Positions 23,446 through 35,509 of a DNA stretch of 64,000 bases are shown piece after piece. The position numbers were made by a program, and so were the translations under genes. Each line of letters starts with the position of its first letter. Within the stretch, counting starts at the first letter, position 1. Under the pieces are notes generated by a model. That model saw only the letters and a program-made list of their open reading frames with translations. It was not told where the DNA came from and ran no database searches. The stretch is from Felis catus (Eukaryota), in contig NC_058381.1 in the NCBI RefSeq assembly GCF_018350175.1, forward strand, positions 39,742,001 to 39,806,000, read 5' to 3'.

Positions 23446-25399
23446 CCACCTCGCCGGGGCGTCAGCCTATTACCAAGAGTTTTTTTCCCCATGTTTCAGT
23501 TTATAGCTATCTCCATTAAAACCATCTAATTACTTATGTGTTTATTACCAAAGACACACTCTTTACCTCATAAAAGGGGATTAGATTGTTTTGTTGTCAA
23601 ATTAGGACTCTTCACGTTGGCTCTTTGTCACCTTAAGGACATTTCATTTCAGTCTTCAAAGGTGCCGAGTCATTATCTTCTAATCATTACCCGTCATTAG
23701 TGACGGCCTGGTATGCCAGGTATCTGCAAATCATCCCCACATTTTTTTGTCTACTTTTCAGATGAAGAGATAACTAGGCATTTTGATTGCTGTTCTACTA
23801 GCAACCAAAAATTCTATGTGATAATTTAGGTCTTCCGGCTGAAAAAGTGCTAAAAATTTTAGATTTATTCTTTGTGGCTCCAAGAAGCTGAATTAGGATG
23901 AACGGATGGGATCTATAGAGGAGATTCTGATTGTGTGTAATGAAACACTTTCTTAGCTGTAAAAATCATTTGCTTTCTGTTCCCTCCATGTGTGCAGTGA
24001 ACGATAACTTGTTAGGGGCAGGCGAATGGGAGTCAGGACCTGCACAGTGATAGTGACAAATGTCCTTCAAAACTCCATCCAACAATGTTACGAATTAAGA
24101 TTATTCATGACCTAAAGAACAGTTGTATGGGGCCATTTAGAGACCAAACAGTGCAGTATTTCCCAGAATGAGTTCCATGAACACCTATTCCAAGGAACAT
24201 TAAAAGGTTCTCTGGTAAACACATTTGGGAAATAGAATTCTTCGTTGGTGGACCTTTCAGAACCTTTAATGTGCTGAAGTTCTCTGTGACTTTCCAATAA
24301 AGAGATATAACATGTATTTTTCTCCAAACTTATTTGACTGCAGAGTCATTTTGTTTGTTAGTTTCCACAGGTTAGCTTTGTAGATTAGTGTTCTATGGAG
24401 CATACTAGGGGAGATTTCTGAGTTACATTTAAACTACTAAACTCCTAATGATGGAATTATTTAAATAAAGGCATAAAGCTTACTCTGATGCTCTAGCATT
24501 GCTTTAGAGTAGGAAAATATTAAACTAGTAAACATTTAGAAATACTTTACTTTGAAAGTCTTAAAGAATGTATGTATTTTCTTGACCCATCTTCATATGA
24601 AATGTCTCAGGCTCTAAAAAATAAGTAGAAAATTATACAACATCAAGGAGTCAGGAGCCAAAATCAACAAGCTGATGGATTCAAAAGATGCTTAACATTA
24701 AAACTGCTTTCATTTTAGCCATCTTCTCACTACTAGAATGATTTTGTGCTTTGGGATCCCTCTGCTAGAATTTTGCCTGTTGTCCACATTACTTCCATAG
24801 ATCTCTGTTAGTTCAGTCAAACTCTCATTGGTTATATCCCTACTGCAAGTCAGACATTATGCAAAAAAGACGTAAATAGGTGCCTGCCCTTGAGGAGGTT
24901 GTAGAGAAGAGACACGAAGTCAACTGGCAAAAGACAGCACAGGGTTTTACATTCAGGTTTTCTAGGTGAGATGTAGGAGTTTAGAAGTAGGTTTATCTGG
25001 AAGATTCGGAAAGTACTTCACGAAAAGGGAACAATTGCATGGGTAGCGAAGCATGATTAGGAGCTTAGCAGGTAGAAAGGAACATGAAGGGAATTTCAGC
25101 AAGCAAAGCAAGGAAATAAAATTTCATAGGATGGCAAAAGTGTCGATTGGGAGAAGCACAAAACCCAGACTCCAGACCCTCTTACTGGAGGCTGTGGAGG
25201 AAAAGAGTGGGAGACAAGTTGGAACAGGTGGGTTAGAGCCACAATAGGAAGAATTTGCACTGTACTTAGTATGCCACACTCAGGATTTTGAACTTCATCT
25301 TCTTGGCAATGGACACTAATTGAAGGTTTTGGAACAGATACGTGAAATGATTGGATTTGTATTTAGAAAGAGGACTAGTTTTTGAGTGGAGGCTCAGCA

Positions 25400-25630
25400 G
25401 CATCACCACTTACTAAGTATTAGGCCTTGTGCTGGGTGCTTTATATGTGTTATACAATTCTCACCACAAGCTTGTGATGTATGCAGGGTTGCTATCCTTG
25501 CCATTTTACAGATGAGGAGGCTGAGGCATAGACAGGCTAAGTAACTAGTAAGTGAGTAAGTAATGGAGCTGGCTTGCAAAGCCAAGCATTCTGGCTCCAG
25601 ATTCTGTGCTCTTAGCCACTCTACCATATT
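25400..25630 (-). mobile_element. MIR
   Basis: 'CCATTTTACAGATGAGGAGGCTGAGGCATAGA' MIR core. Confidence 0.8.
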
Positions 25631-25986
25631 CCTTCTTCCTAGGGAGGGTGTTGTTGAAGACAACCCTTAAGACGAATTGGTGTAAGATTGGTGGGGAGGA
25701 TGGGATCAGATTATTGAAGGTCTTGAGACCATTAAAAGGGAGCTGATGTTAGAACCTATTTTCTTAACTGAAATGCTAGCAGTAGAAAGGAGATAATTTG
25801 AAGGCAGGGACAGTGGGTGGGAAACTATTTGGGTGTTCTGTGGGGGTGCTGAGGAGGGTGTGATTTCTGTTTTAGAGGGTATCATAGAGAAGAGGGGATA
25901 TATCTGGGATTTCTCATCACGTCATTCAATTTCCTGGGAACCACTGGTGGCATACCAGTTTCCACAATAAAGCTAATATTCTTGTT

Positions 25987-26215
25987 TTTTTTAAAGTTTA
26001 TTTATTTACTTTTTTGAGAAAGAGAGAGAGAAAGAGAAAGAAAGCACACAAGTAGGGGAGGAACAGAGAGAGAAGGTGGGAGAAGGAATCCCAAGCATGG
26101 TCCGTGCTGTTAGCACAGAGCCAGATGTGGGACTTGAACTTAGAAACCGTGAGATCCTGACCTGAGCTGAAATCAAGAGTTGGATGCTTAACCAACTGAG
26201 CCACCCAGGCACCCC
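25987..26215 (-). mobile_element. Carnivore SINE
   Basis: TSD CTAATAKTCTTGTT. Confidence 0.9.
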
Positions 26216-27051
26216 TCTAATAGTCTTGTTGTTAAGGTGTCCAGAATATTATCTTATCCTTTGCTAATAGGTAGCATTTATTAAATATATACCATGTGCC
26301 AGGCACAGCGCTGGGTATTTTATGCACATCTTATTCCTTATTTCTTACAACCCTATAAGATCAGGACTGTCACTATGCCCAGGTCCGAGATAACAAAACT
26401 GAGAGTAAGGATATTGTTTTTATGTATATATATTTTTAAATTTAATTTATTTTTTAAATTTATATCCAAGTTAGTTAGCATATAGTGCAACAATCATTTC
26501 AGGAGTAGATTCCTTAATGCCTCTTACCCATTTAGCCCATGGCCCCTCCCACAACCCCTCCAGTAACCCTCTGTTTGTTCTCCTTATTTAAGAATCCCTT
26601 ATGTTTTGTCCCCCTCCCTGTTTTTATATTAGTTTTGCTTCCCTTCCCTTATGTTCATCTGTTTAAAGTCCTCAGATGAGTGAAGTCATACGATATTTGT
26701 CTTTCTCTTTCGCTTAGCATAATATCCTCTAGTTCCATCCACATAGTTGTGAATGGCAAGATTTCATTCTTTTTGATTTCTGAGTAATACTCCATTATAT
26801 AAATATACATATATATATGCATAGACATATATGTGCATATATATACATGTATGTAAACATGTATACACACACACACCACATCTTATTTATCCATTCATCT
26901 GTTGATGGACATTTGGGCTCTTTCCATACTTTGGCTATTGTTGATAGTGCTACTATAAACATTGGGGTGCATGTGCCCCTTCGAAACAGCATACCTGTAT
27001 CCTTTGGATAAATACCTAGTAGTGCAATTGCTGGGTCATAGGATAGTTCTA

Positions 27052-27280
27052 TTTTTTTTTTTCAACGTTTTTTTTTTTTTTTTTTTAATTTATTTTTGGG
27101 ACAGACAGAGACAGAGCATGAACGGGGGAGGGGCAGAGAGAGAGGGAGACACAGAATCGGAAACAGGCTCCAGGCTCCGAGCCATCAGCCCAGAGCCTGA
27201 TGCGGGGCTCGAACTCATGGACCGCGAGATCGTGACCTGGCTGAAGTCGGATGCCCAACCGACTGCGCCACCNNNNNNNN
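27052..27280 (-). mobile_element. Young felid SINE inserted in L1 (head runs into N gap)
   Basis: GACCTGGCTGAAGTCGG diagnostic; T tail. Confidence 0.92.
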
Positions 27281-27418
27281 NNNNNNNNNNNNNNNNNNNN
27301 NNNNNNNNNNNNNNNNNNNNNNNNNNNNNNNNNNNNNNNNNNNNNNNNNNNNNNNNNNNNNNNNNNNNNNNNNNNNNNNNNNNNNNNNNNNNNNNNNNNN
27401 NNNNNNNNNNNNNNNNNN
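27273..27418. other. Assembly gap (146 N)
   Basis: Run of N. Confidence 1.
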
Positions 27419-28169
27419 AGTTGTTAGTGTTAGCCATTCTGACAGGTGTGAGGTGGTATCTCATGGTGGTTTTGATTTGTATTTTCCAGATGATGAGTGA
27501 TGTTGAGCATTTTTTCATGTGTCGGTTGGCCATCTGGATGTCTTTGGATGAGTGTCTACTCATGTCTTTTGCCCATTTCTTCACTGGATTATGTGTTTTA
27601 TGGGTGTTGAGTTTGATAAGTTCTTTATAGATTTTGGATACTAACCCTTTATCTGATTTGTCATTTGCAAATATCTTCTCCCATTCCGTCGGTTGCCTTT
27701 TAGTTTTGCTGGTTGTTTCCTTCGTTGTGCAGAAGCTTATTTCAATGAGATCCCGGTAGTTCATTTTTGCTTTTGTTTCTCTTGCTTCCAGAGACATGTT
27801 GAGTAAGAAGTTGCTGTGGCCAAGGTCAAAGGCGTTTTTGCCTGCTTTCTCCTTGAGGATTTTGATGGCTTCCTGTCTTACATTTAGGTCTTTCATCCAT
27901 TTTGGGTTTATTTTTGTGTATGGTGTAAAAAAGTGGTCCAGGTTCATTTTTCTGCATGTCGCTGTCCAGTTTTCCCGGCACCACTTGCTGAAGAGATTGT
28001 CTTTATTCCATTGAATATTCTTTTTTGCTTTGTCAAAGATTAGTTGGCCATATGTTTGTGGGTCCATTTCTGGGATCTCTGTTCTGTTCCATTGATCTGC
28101 GTTTCTGTTCTTGTGCCAGTACCATACTGTCTTGATGATTACAGCTTTGTAATACAGCTTGAAGTCCAA

Positions 28170-28391
28170 AGGATATATTTGTTAAAATATTTTTTAATGT
28201 TTATTTACTTTTGAGAAAAATAGAGCATGAGCAGGAGAGGGGCAGAGAAAGAGGGAGACACAGAATCCAAAGCAGGTTCCAGGCTCTGAGCTGTCAGCAC
28301 AGAACCCGGTGCAGGGCTTGAACTCAAGAGCGGTGAGACCATGACCTGAGCCGAAGTTGGATGCCCAAATGACTGAGCCATCCAGGTTCCC
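28170..28391 (-). mobile_element. Carnivore SINE whose tail hosts the L1 above
   Basis: Its TSD TGAGAGTAAGGATATT copies are at 26400-26415 and 28392-28407. Confidence 0.88.
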
Positions 28392-28559
28392 TGAGAGTAA
28401 GGATATTAAATAATGATTTAAAGTCATACAGTTAGTGAATGACAGCTTGCCTAACAGCTATTCCTCATGCCTACTAATAAAAATCAGCATTTTTCTGGAA
28501 CTAAATTTTACCTAACTGTAAATTGTGTTCATTCATTTTTAAAAATTGGTTAATTTGTC

Positions 28560-29150
28560 CATCAGAATGCCCGGCACCATGCTAGCTGCTCTGCATACAG
28601 AAGTTAACAGGTCAGATGAAGTCCTTGTTGTCAAGGTGTGCATGCTAGTAGGGGAGGACAGACACTGAAAAGATAAAGGAGTGGCAGTGACAAGTGCCAG
28701 AAGAAAATAAAACAGGGTGAAGTGATAGAGAGTGGTTGGGAGGTGAAGCAGGGAGTGCACCTCCGTTGGTCAGGGCAGTTGGCGACAGCCCTTGCCAGGT
28801 GGCTGGAGTGTGGTGAAAGAGGAGCGTGAAAGGAGATGAGGTCGCAGAGGTAGTCAGGTGCTGGACCAAGTAGGACTTTGTACGTTGTTCAACAGAATTT
28901 AGGTTGTATTCTAAAGGCAGTGAGAAGGCACTGGATGCTTTGCAGTGGCGGCGGGTTGGGGGAGGACAACCTGTGTTATGTTCTCTGGAAAGTGAAATGG
29001 AACCAGGCCAAAGTGGAAACAGGCAGAACAATCAGTGAACCAGGTGAGAGGATGAAAAGTGAGGCCAGTGGTTGATGAACCGGAAAGAGGTGGAAGTGTC
29101 TGGGACACATTTTTGAAAGGAGAGATGATAGGTCATGCTGATCAAGACGG
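28560..29150 (-). mobile_element. L2 remnant
   Basis: 'TGCCCGGCACCATGCTAGCTGCT...AGTCCTTGTTGTCAAGG...GGCCAAAGTGGAAACAGG' L2-like phrases. Confidence 0.6.
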
Positions 29151-30707
29151 TGCCTGGAGAGAGAGGTCAGGGACCACGTTGAGGTCTCAGATTTACTCAG
29201 AGGTGAGAGGAGACCTGAGCCATATAGCTGCCATCTGGGATGGTGGGAAGCAGTGGATGATGAGGTCACCATGAGACCTGCAGGGTGAGCGGCCTAAAGC
29301 CCGTGAGAGAAAGCAGGGCTGAAGACAGGGAGGCTCCAACACCTAGATGCAGAATGTGCTTACTGCCAAGTTCCTGGCCTGAGATGAAAGCTCGCTTTTA
29401 TGTGTGTTAATCACAGTTTGCTGTGAACCTCTGTGTGCCTTACCAGCAGCCTGGATTTCTAGGGTGCTGTTGGGAAAACCCTCCCATGACGGCACCTCCC
29501 TAGTCAGCAGGAACATCAGTGTTGGGAGGCTTCACACTTCGCCGCAAGCAACTCGGTTGTCTTTAAGCCTGATGGAGTGCTTCAGCCCTTCACAAAAGCA
29601 GGCTATAGGAGGCTTTTCAGTTTGTCATCCTAATAAAAATGGCTGTAAGTAAAAACATTTGGTCTTTGTTTTCTGAATTGCATGATCTTTTAAATTTCTG
29701 GGGAACTCCTTTACGGTATTGATGGGAACTAAAAATGGCTGGCGTCAGGACTGCCATTGACATTAACCCTTTACTCTTTGCTGAGCAAGCAGGCAAAGGA
29801 TTCTGGGTTTGGGTTAAACAGTGGCCTTTGGGGGCCTTTCCCAGTTATCTTCCAGTGTGTGGGTATAGGCAAGACAGACGTTTGCCAGCTTTATTAGCCT
29901 GTGCTGAAAATTACTCTCACATTGGGTTTCTTTCAAATGGAAGTAATGTTTTGTGACTTAAATACGGCTGATACTGGCTTCAAGGGGATGAGCCCTTCCG
30001 CTCTGTCTCATGCAGACATGTCTGATCCCAATGCAACATGCCAGAGAAGGCCTCACAGTACTGCAACACAGCATGCGCAAGCCCATCTGCGGGCTGGCAG
30101 TGTTGGCTGTTTCTCTTGGGGGGTTAATTCTCATGTGTTATTGTGAGCTATAGAATGTGTGGATAGTAACAGGAAATTACACACAGTTAAGGAAGATATA
30201 AAATATATGTGTTCGCTAAAACTAACCCAGTTGGTAAATATATGTCCAGTAAAATTTGGATGCCTAATACATGCCAGGCACTGGGAAAATAAAATTTACA
30301 GCTGTTTACTGTGTGAAATCTAATCCTGAGATAGTTAACCACAATTATTCTACAGTAAACTTAGGGTTTTTCTTACGTGGAATTACTTGTTAACAATAGT
30401 TATATCTTACAATTTTAATTTGAATCAGATGTTTTTGTCCATTGGTTAGATATGATTGCTGGATTGAATTAAATAGCTACTGGATTTCTAGAGAGTTCCT
30501 GTAGGTAGTTGACATTTTTTAAAATCAAGGTAAATAAATGTTTATATATTTAAATATTAACTGACACGATGACTTTAAAATATATTTTGAGTTGTTCACT
30601 TACTAAATATACAGCTGATTTTATAATAGCGGCAAACCCTTATATAGCATTTGCTGTATAACAGATAATGGTTCTATGCTTTATGTACACTATGTTATTT
30701 AATTCTT

Positions 30708-30731
30708 TTTTTTAAATGTTTATCTATTTAT

Positions 30732-30774
<43 letters not shown>

Positions 30775-30947
30775 AACAGAGAGTTTGAGCAGGGGAGGGG
30801 AAGAGAGAGAGGAAGAGAGGATCCCAGGCAGGTTCTGTGCTGTCAGTGCAGAGCCTGACATGGGGCTCAATCCCAGGAACTGTAAGATCATGACCTGAGC
30901 CGAGGTTCAGAGTCAGATGCTTAACTGACTGAGCCACCCAGGTGCCC
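30708..30947 (-). mobile_element. Carnivore SINE inserted in a MIR (MIR ~30640-31130)
   Basis: TSD CTATGTYATTTAATTCTT; MIR core TTTACAGATAAGGGAAACTGAGGCA follows. Confidence 0.9.
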
Positions 30948-31303
30948 CTATGTCATTTAATTCTTAGCCCTATGTGGTTGGCATTGAAGTTATCCTTTGT
31001 TTTACAGATAAGGGAAACTGAGGCATAGAGAGGATAAACAAGTTGCCCAAGGTCAGCAGCGGGTTAGTAATGGAGTTGGGATCTGAAGCAAGGCTGTCTG
31101 GCTCCAGAGCCTGTGTTCTTAATCACTGTATACTTATCCACAATCTCTCCATTATTGATTATTATGTTTTTCAAGAGAAAATAATGCAATTTAGTTTATT
31201 TCAGCCAATCTTTGTTGAGCTCCTCCAGTTTGCCTGGCACTGTGCTAGAAGATTTGGGGGACTCAAGGATGGTCAGGACACAGGTGTACTTTCAAGTATT
31301 TTA

Positions 31304-31532
31304 AATTAAAAAAATTTTTTTTCATGTTTATTTATTTTTGAGAGAGACAGAGACAGAATGCAAGTGGGTTAGGGGCAGAGAGAAAGGGAGACACAGAATC
31401 CGAAGCAGGCTCTAGGCTCTAGGCTCTGAGCTGTCAGTACAGAGTCTGACACGGGGCCCAAACTCATGAGCTGTGAGATCATGACCTGAACCAAAGTTGG
31501 ACGCTCAACCGACTGAGCCACCCAGGTGCACC
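31304..31532 (-). mobile_element. Carnivore SINE
   Basis: TSD TCAAGTATTTTA; internal AGGCTCT duplication. Confidence 0.92.
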
Positions 31533-33407
31533 TCAAGTATTTTAGATTCTACTGGGGTTTGTTGGGTACACAGGACTTGAACACAAGGCAGAGTAGGAAA
31601 GTCGTTCCAGCCGTAGTGAATAGTTGCAATAAATGCACAGATGTGGAAAAGAACTAATTGTCATTATGAAGCAGTGAATAGTGTACTGTGTCTAGAAAAC
31701 AATCATGTGAGATAAAAGCTAGACGGAGAGTCTTGACTCCTAGGCTGAGGAGTTTGAACTTGAGTAGGTAGACCATTGAGAGCCACCAGTATGTTTTTCT
31801 AAAGCAGAGAAATTACTTCATTAATCCCCTCATCTGTAAAATACCACATTGATAGAATTTTTAAGGAATAAATTGACACGTTAAAAATGTTTAACACAGT
31901 GTCTGGAACATAGCGAGTGCTCAATAAATGGTTCTAAGTAAATGGTAGTTATTATTAAGTAAGCTAAGGGAAGGTGGAGTTCCTTTTCCATTGTTTATAG
32001 GTGTTCTTTTTATCTAGCAATGCAGTGAACTAGGGGTAAATCCAGGAATATAGCTTTCCACTCTCTCGAGGTCTGAAAAGTCTTCTGCCTGTTCATAGGC
32101 TTCACTATACCTTTGCAACCAGTAGGGGCTCCACCTCTACAAAGTAAGGACTGGTGGCTTTCAGCCTTGCTTTGCCAGAACGCTGTGAGGCTATTGGGAA
32201 GCAGTGTCTGTTTCTCTAGTACCTTCTTCCATGTTGCAATTTTGTGGAGGTAGTCACAACAAACCCTCAGTAAGATTTATTACTTAGAGGAGAATTGAAG
32301 CCAATCTCTGTCACTTTGTGGATTTCTCCGTTCTGCATTTCTTATTAATATCTATGGCTTATGTGAAATTCATGTTGAAATTCAGCTTGAAATTTTAGCT
32401 GGAGAATCAAGATGTATTAGGACAGCTTATTGATCATAGTTGGTCAGCATTCCTCACTGGGAATCTGGCTTCTTGATCAGTAGGGAAAAAGTATGTGAAG
32501 AAAGAAAAGAACAGAAAGGAAAGGAGCATCATCATATGTGGGGGAAAAATTCCCATAAGCATTAAGAGCATTCTGATTTTTTAGAGTGCAGATGAGTTGG
32601 ATAAAAAAGGACCAATTACCCAAATGGAGTCAAATATCACCCTGGACATCCCTCTTCCTAGTTTTTCTCAGCTTTATCCCCCATTCTTGTGCATCTGGGT
32701 ATTATTAGCCTCTTAATAGTCAACAGGGTTTTGTGTTTCTAAAGATGTACAATTGAATGCAGAGGAGAAAGAGAAAAAAATTGTTTATTATTATTTTTTT
32801 ACATGCCAGGTATATTGCTGTTGACAAACATACTTGATACAGGGACACTGAGATATTAGAACCCCCATTTGAAAGATAAGATAAAAGTGGGTAGATTTGG
32901 GGTTTTCATCTTAGGTCTTCTGATTCCTTTTCTCATCCTACTCTCTGTTTCTTCCTATAGTTCAAAATATCTTTAGAGCGATTGAATTGTACGTTCTATA
33001 CTCAAATGCAATGAAACCAGATACTTTTTTGGCTTAGTGTTAAGTGTTACTTCCAGCCTCAGTCCGTGGTCCACACTAATTTCTATGCCTAACCTTTGTG
33101 TGCTTCTCTCTCATTTTTGTCTCGTCTGTTCAATAAAACATTAGGTGTTGGGGTGAAGTTTCAAAATAGTAACCTCAGAGTTTCCTGAATTCTATTTTTA
33201 GGATTCATTATATTCTCCCCACCACACCTCCTGGGGGAGAACCATGAAATCCTCCTGCTTCATGATCTTCTTGGCTATTACTCTAGATACACCTCTGTCA
33301 TTTTGACTTGTCAAACTCTCATGGTTCATGACCTCAGTGGCTCAAAAAATCCCGAGTTCCTTCACTTAGTTATCCCGCAATATTATAAATCTACTAGGAT
33401 CTTTTTT

Positions 33408-33622
33408 GATTTTTTTTTTCAACGTTTATTTATTTTTGGGACAGAGAGAGACAGAGCATGAACGGGGGAGGGGCAGAGAGAGAGGGAGACACAGAATCGG
33501 AAACAGGCTCCAGGCTCTGAGCCATCAGCCCAGAGCCTGACGCGGGGCTCGAACTCATGGACCGCGAGATCGTGACCTGGCTGAAGTCGGATGCTTAACC
33601 GACTGCGCCACCCAGGAACCCC
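33408..33622 (-). mobile_element. Young felid SINE (SINEC_Fc-type)
   Basis: TSD ACTAGGATCTTTTTT; near-identical to 1870-2088. Confidence 0.95.
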
Positions 33623-34703
33623 AACTAGGATCTTTTTTGTCCAGGTCTACAGGTCTCTTCATTTGAACAAAGAATACTATCTTATATTATCATATTGATA
33701 TTATTTAATTCTGCCTCCATTTAGATCAAGATTCCTTCCATCTTTTCGGGAAAAGATTTAGTTTGTCTCTTCCACCTAAGATACATACCATATTGAAATA
33801 TTGAGAGACCAAAAGTCTTGACATTTTTTAATATTAGCCTAGTAAAAGCCAGGATTTTTTATTTTGGGGTCATGCAGTATATCAGTTGTTTCTCTGTCAT
33901 GTATTTGTAATGCAGGAATCAAGAAGAGGAAAAAGGAATGTGCTTAGAAATGGATAGCCCCAATGTGAACAAATATTTGGTGCTTTGGACTAGTCTCTCT
34001 GAACCTCACAAGAACAATTTTACTTAACTCTCAAATCCACAGTCTCACCTAAGGCTTTCATGCTTCGATTGAAATGATGATTCAACATTCTCTGCCTTGA
34101 AGTTTCTCAAAATCCTTTTGTATCCTTGGGCTTTTAAAACTAAATTTGCCTATTAGCGTTTAATAGAATAGTCATGATGGAAAGCAGGTTTCTCAAGTCA
34201 GAGTTATGGCTTTAGGAATAAGTCAGTAGTAATTAACAAAGGGCCATCTGCTGTCAAGTACCCAAGGCACAGCCCACTTTGCATGGAAGCTTTTTAATAG
34301 AAATGATACAGATTTCTTAACTACAGACCTAAACGGTGCTGAGTAATCTTTCTAGTTCCTCAGTCAGATTCTGTCAGGCCTATAATGTTGTAATTCTCTG
34401 GCTGCCACCTCCTAAGCTCAGAGACTAAATTTTTCCTGTAGTCAGCTCCTATGATTAACCAAGGTAAGTGGAACATCTGAACAAATGGTTCAGTAAACTG
34501 AATTTTTAAAGGCAATAAGAGTACAGCAGTAAGAGGCCCTTGAAGAACCATACCCATTATGTGAATCAAGTGAATGTTGTATGGAGAATTTTAAACTCAG
34601 TTGATAGGTAACTAACAGGGTAAAAAGGGATACTGAGATACTACAAATGTAGGAACTGCAGAAAACCCTGGGAAAGATAGTTTCTTTCAAAGGAAGAGGG
34701 AGC

Positions 34704-34927
34704 GGGGCGCCTGGGTGGCTCAGTTGGTTAAACGGCCGACTTCGGCTCAGGTCATGATCTCGCGGTCCGTGAGTTCGAGCCCCGCGTCGGGCTCTGTGCT
34801 GACAGCTCAGAGCCTGGAGCCTGTTTTGGATTCTGTGTCTCCCTCTCTCTGACCCTCCCCTGTTCATGCTCTGTCTCTCCCTGTCTCAAAAATAAATAAA
34901 ACGTTAAAAAAAATTTAAAAAAAAAAC
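34704..34927 (+). mobile_element. Felid SINE
   Basis: TSD AAAGGAAGAGGGAG; CpG-rich. Confidence 0.95.
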
Positions 34928-34929
34928 AA

Positions 34930-35360
34930 AGGAAGAGGGAGGGAATTAACATTTAGAAATTTAGAGAAGGGGTTTGTCCTATAGAGCCCAAACTCAGATG
35001 TAGGAAAACTGTCTGGCTGGTGACTCTGAGTGGGGTGTGCAATAAAGCAGGTTCTACACATGTTGAGAAAGCTGCACACTGAAGTTAGGTGCGTCTCTGG
35101 AAAGGATCTGCAGCTGCTGGAGTGAGCAGGTGTTAACTGGGAGAGGATCCTGGGAAGTGCTGGCATACAGGAAGTCCCAATTAAGTGGAAGGAAGCAAAA
35201 TGGAAGGAAGGAGCCAGTGCCTCCTTCCTCTTCAGCTTTGCAGTTTTCCTTTGTCACCCCCTAGTGGCAAAGCCAGACAGAGTGGTTTGCAGAGGGTCCC
35301 AAAGCTGGCCACAGGAGGGAGGGTGTGAAGTTGGGACAGTAACTTAACAACCTGCCACAG
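34930..35360. mobile_element. Old ERVL-class LTR remnant (LTR41-like) carrying a CTCF motif
   Basis: 'CACCCCCTAGTGGCAAAGCC...TTAACAACCTGCCACA' resembles the LTR41-family end; left boundary uncertain. Confidence 0.5.
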
Positions 35361-35509
35361 AGGAGCTTACTCTGAAAGCCCAAGGCTTCCCAAACAGGCA
35401 TCTTTAAACCGGCTTCTCCCCACATCCTTTCCAGTTCCTTAATATCATTGTCTCTTCACGAGTTTTGGAGTCACACTTATGAGCTGTGACTACAAGCAAG
35501 TTAACTTTC

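Larger units (their letters stand above)
26445..28167 (-). mobile_element. 5'-truncated carnivore/felid L1 (ORF2 C-terminus plus 3' UTR), interrupted by a SINE and an N gap
   Basis: Translations [32 protein letters not shown] and CTPMFIVALSTIAKVWKEPKCPSTDEWI match the L1 ORF2 C-terminus. Confidence 0.95.

Noticed and set aside
23358-23492. N-terminal extension of KRTAP3-1 (also 52719-52787 and 58422-58541 for KRTAP1)
   Set aside because: These starts lie upstream of, or only a few bases from, the TATA box, so outside the expected mRNA; the family Met with ACCATGG Kozak is downstream
5399-23519. Overlapping shifted or antisense ORFs at KRTAP3 genes
   Set aside because: Shadow frames of GC-rich cysteine-coding sequence
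27090-28169. 359-aa ORF as a gene or active L1
   Set aside because: 5'-truncated L1 ORF2 fragment joined to a SINE across an N gap; lacks endonuclease and RT
32118-32133. CTCF-like CCAGTAGGGGCTCC
   Set aside because: Core is one G short; too weak to report
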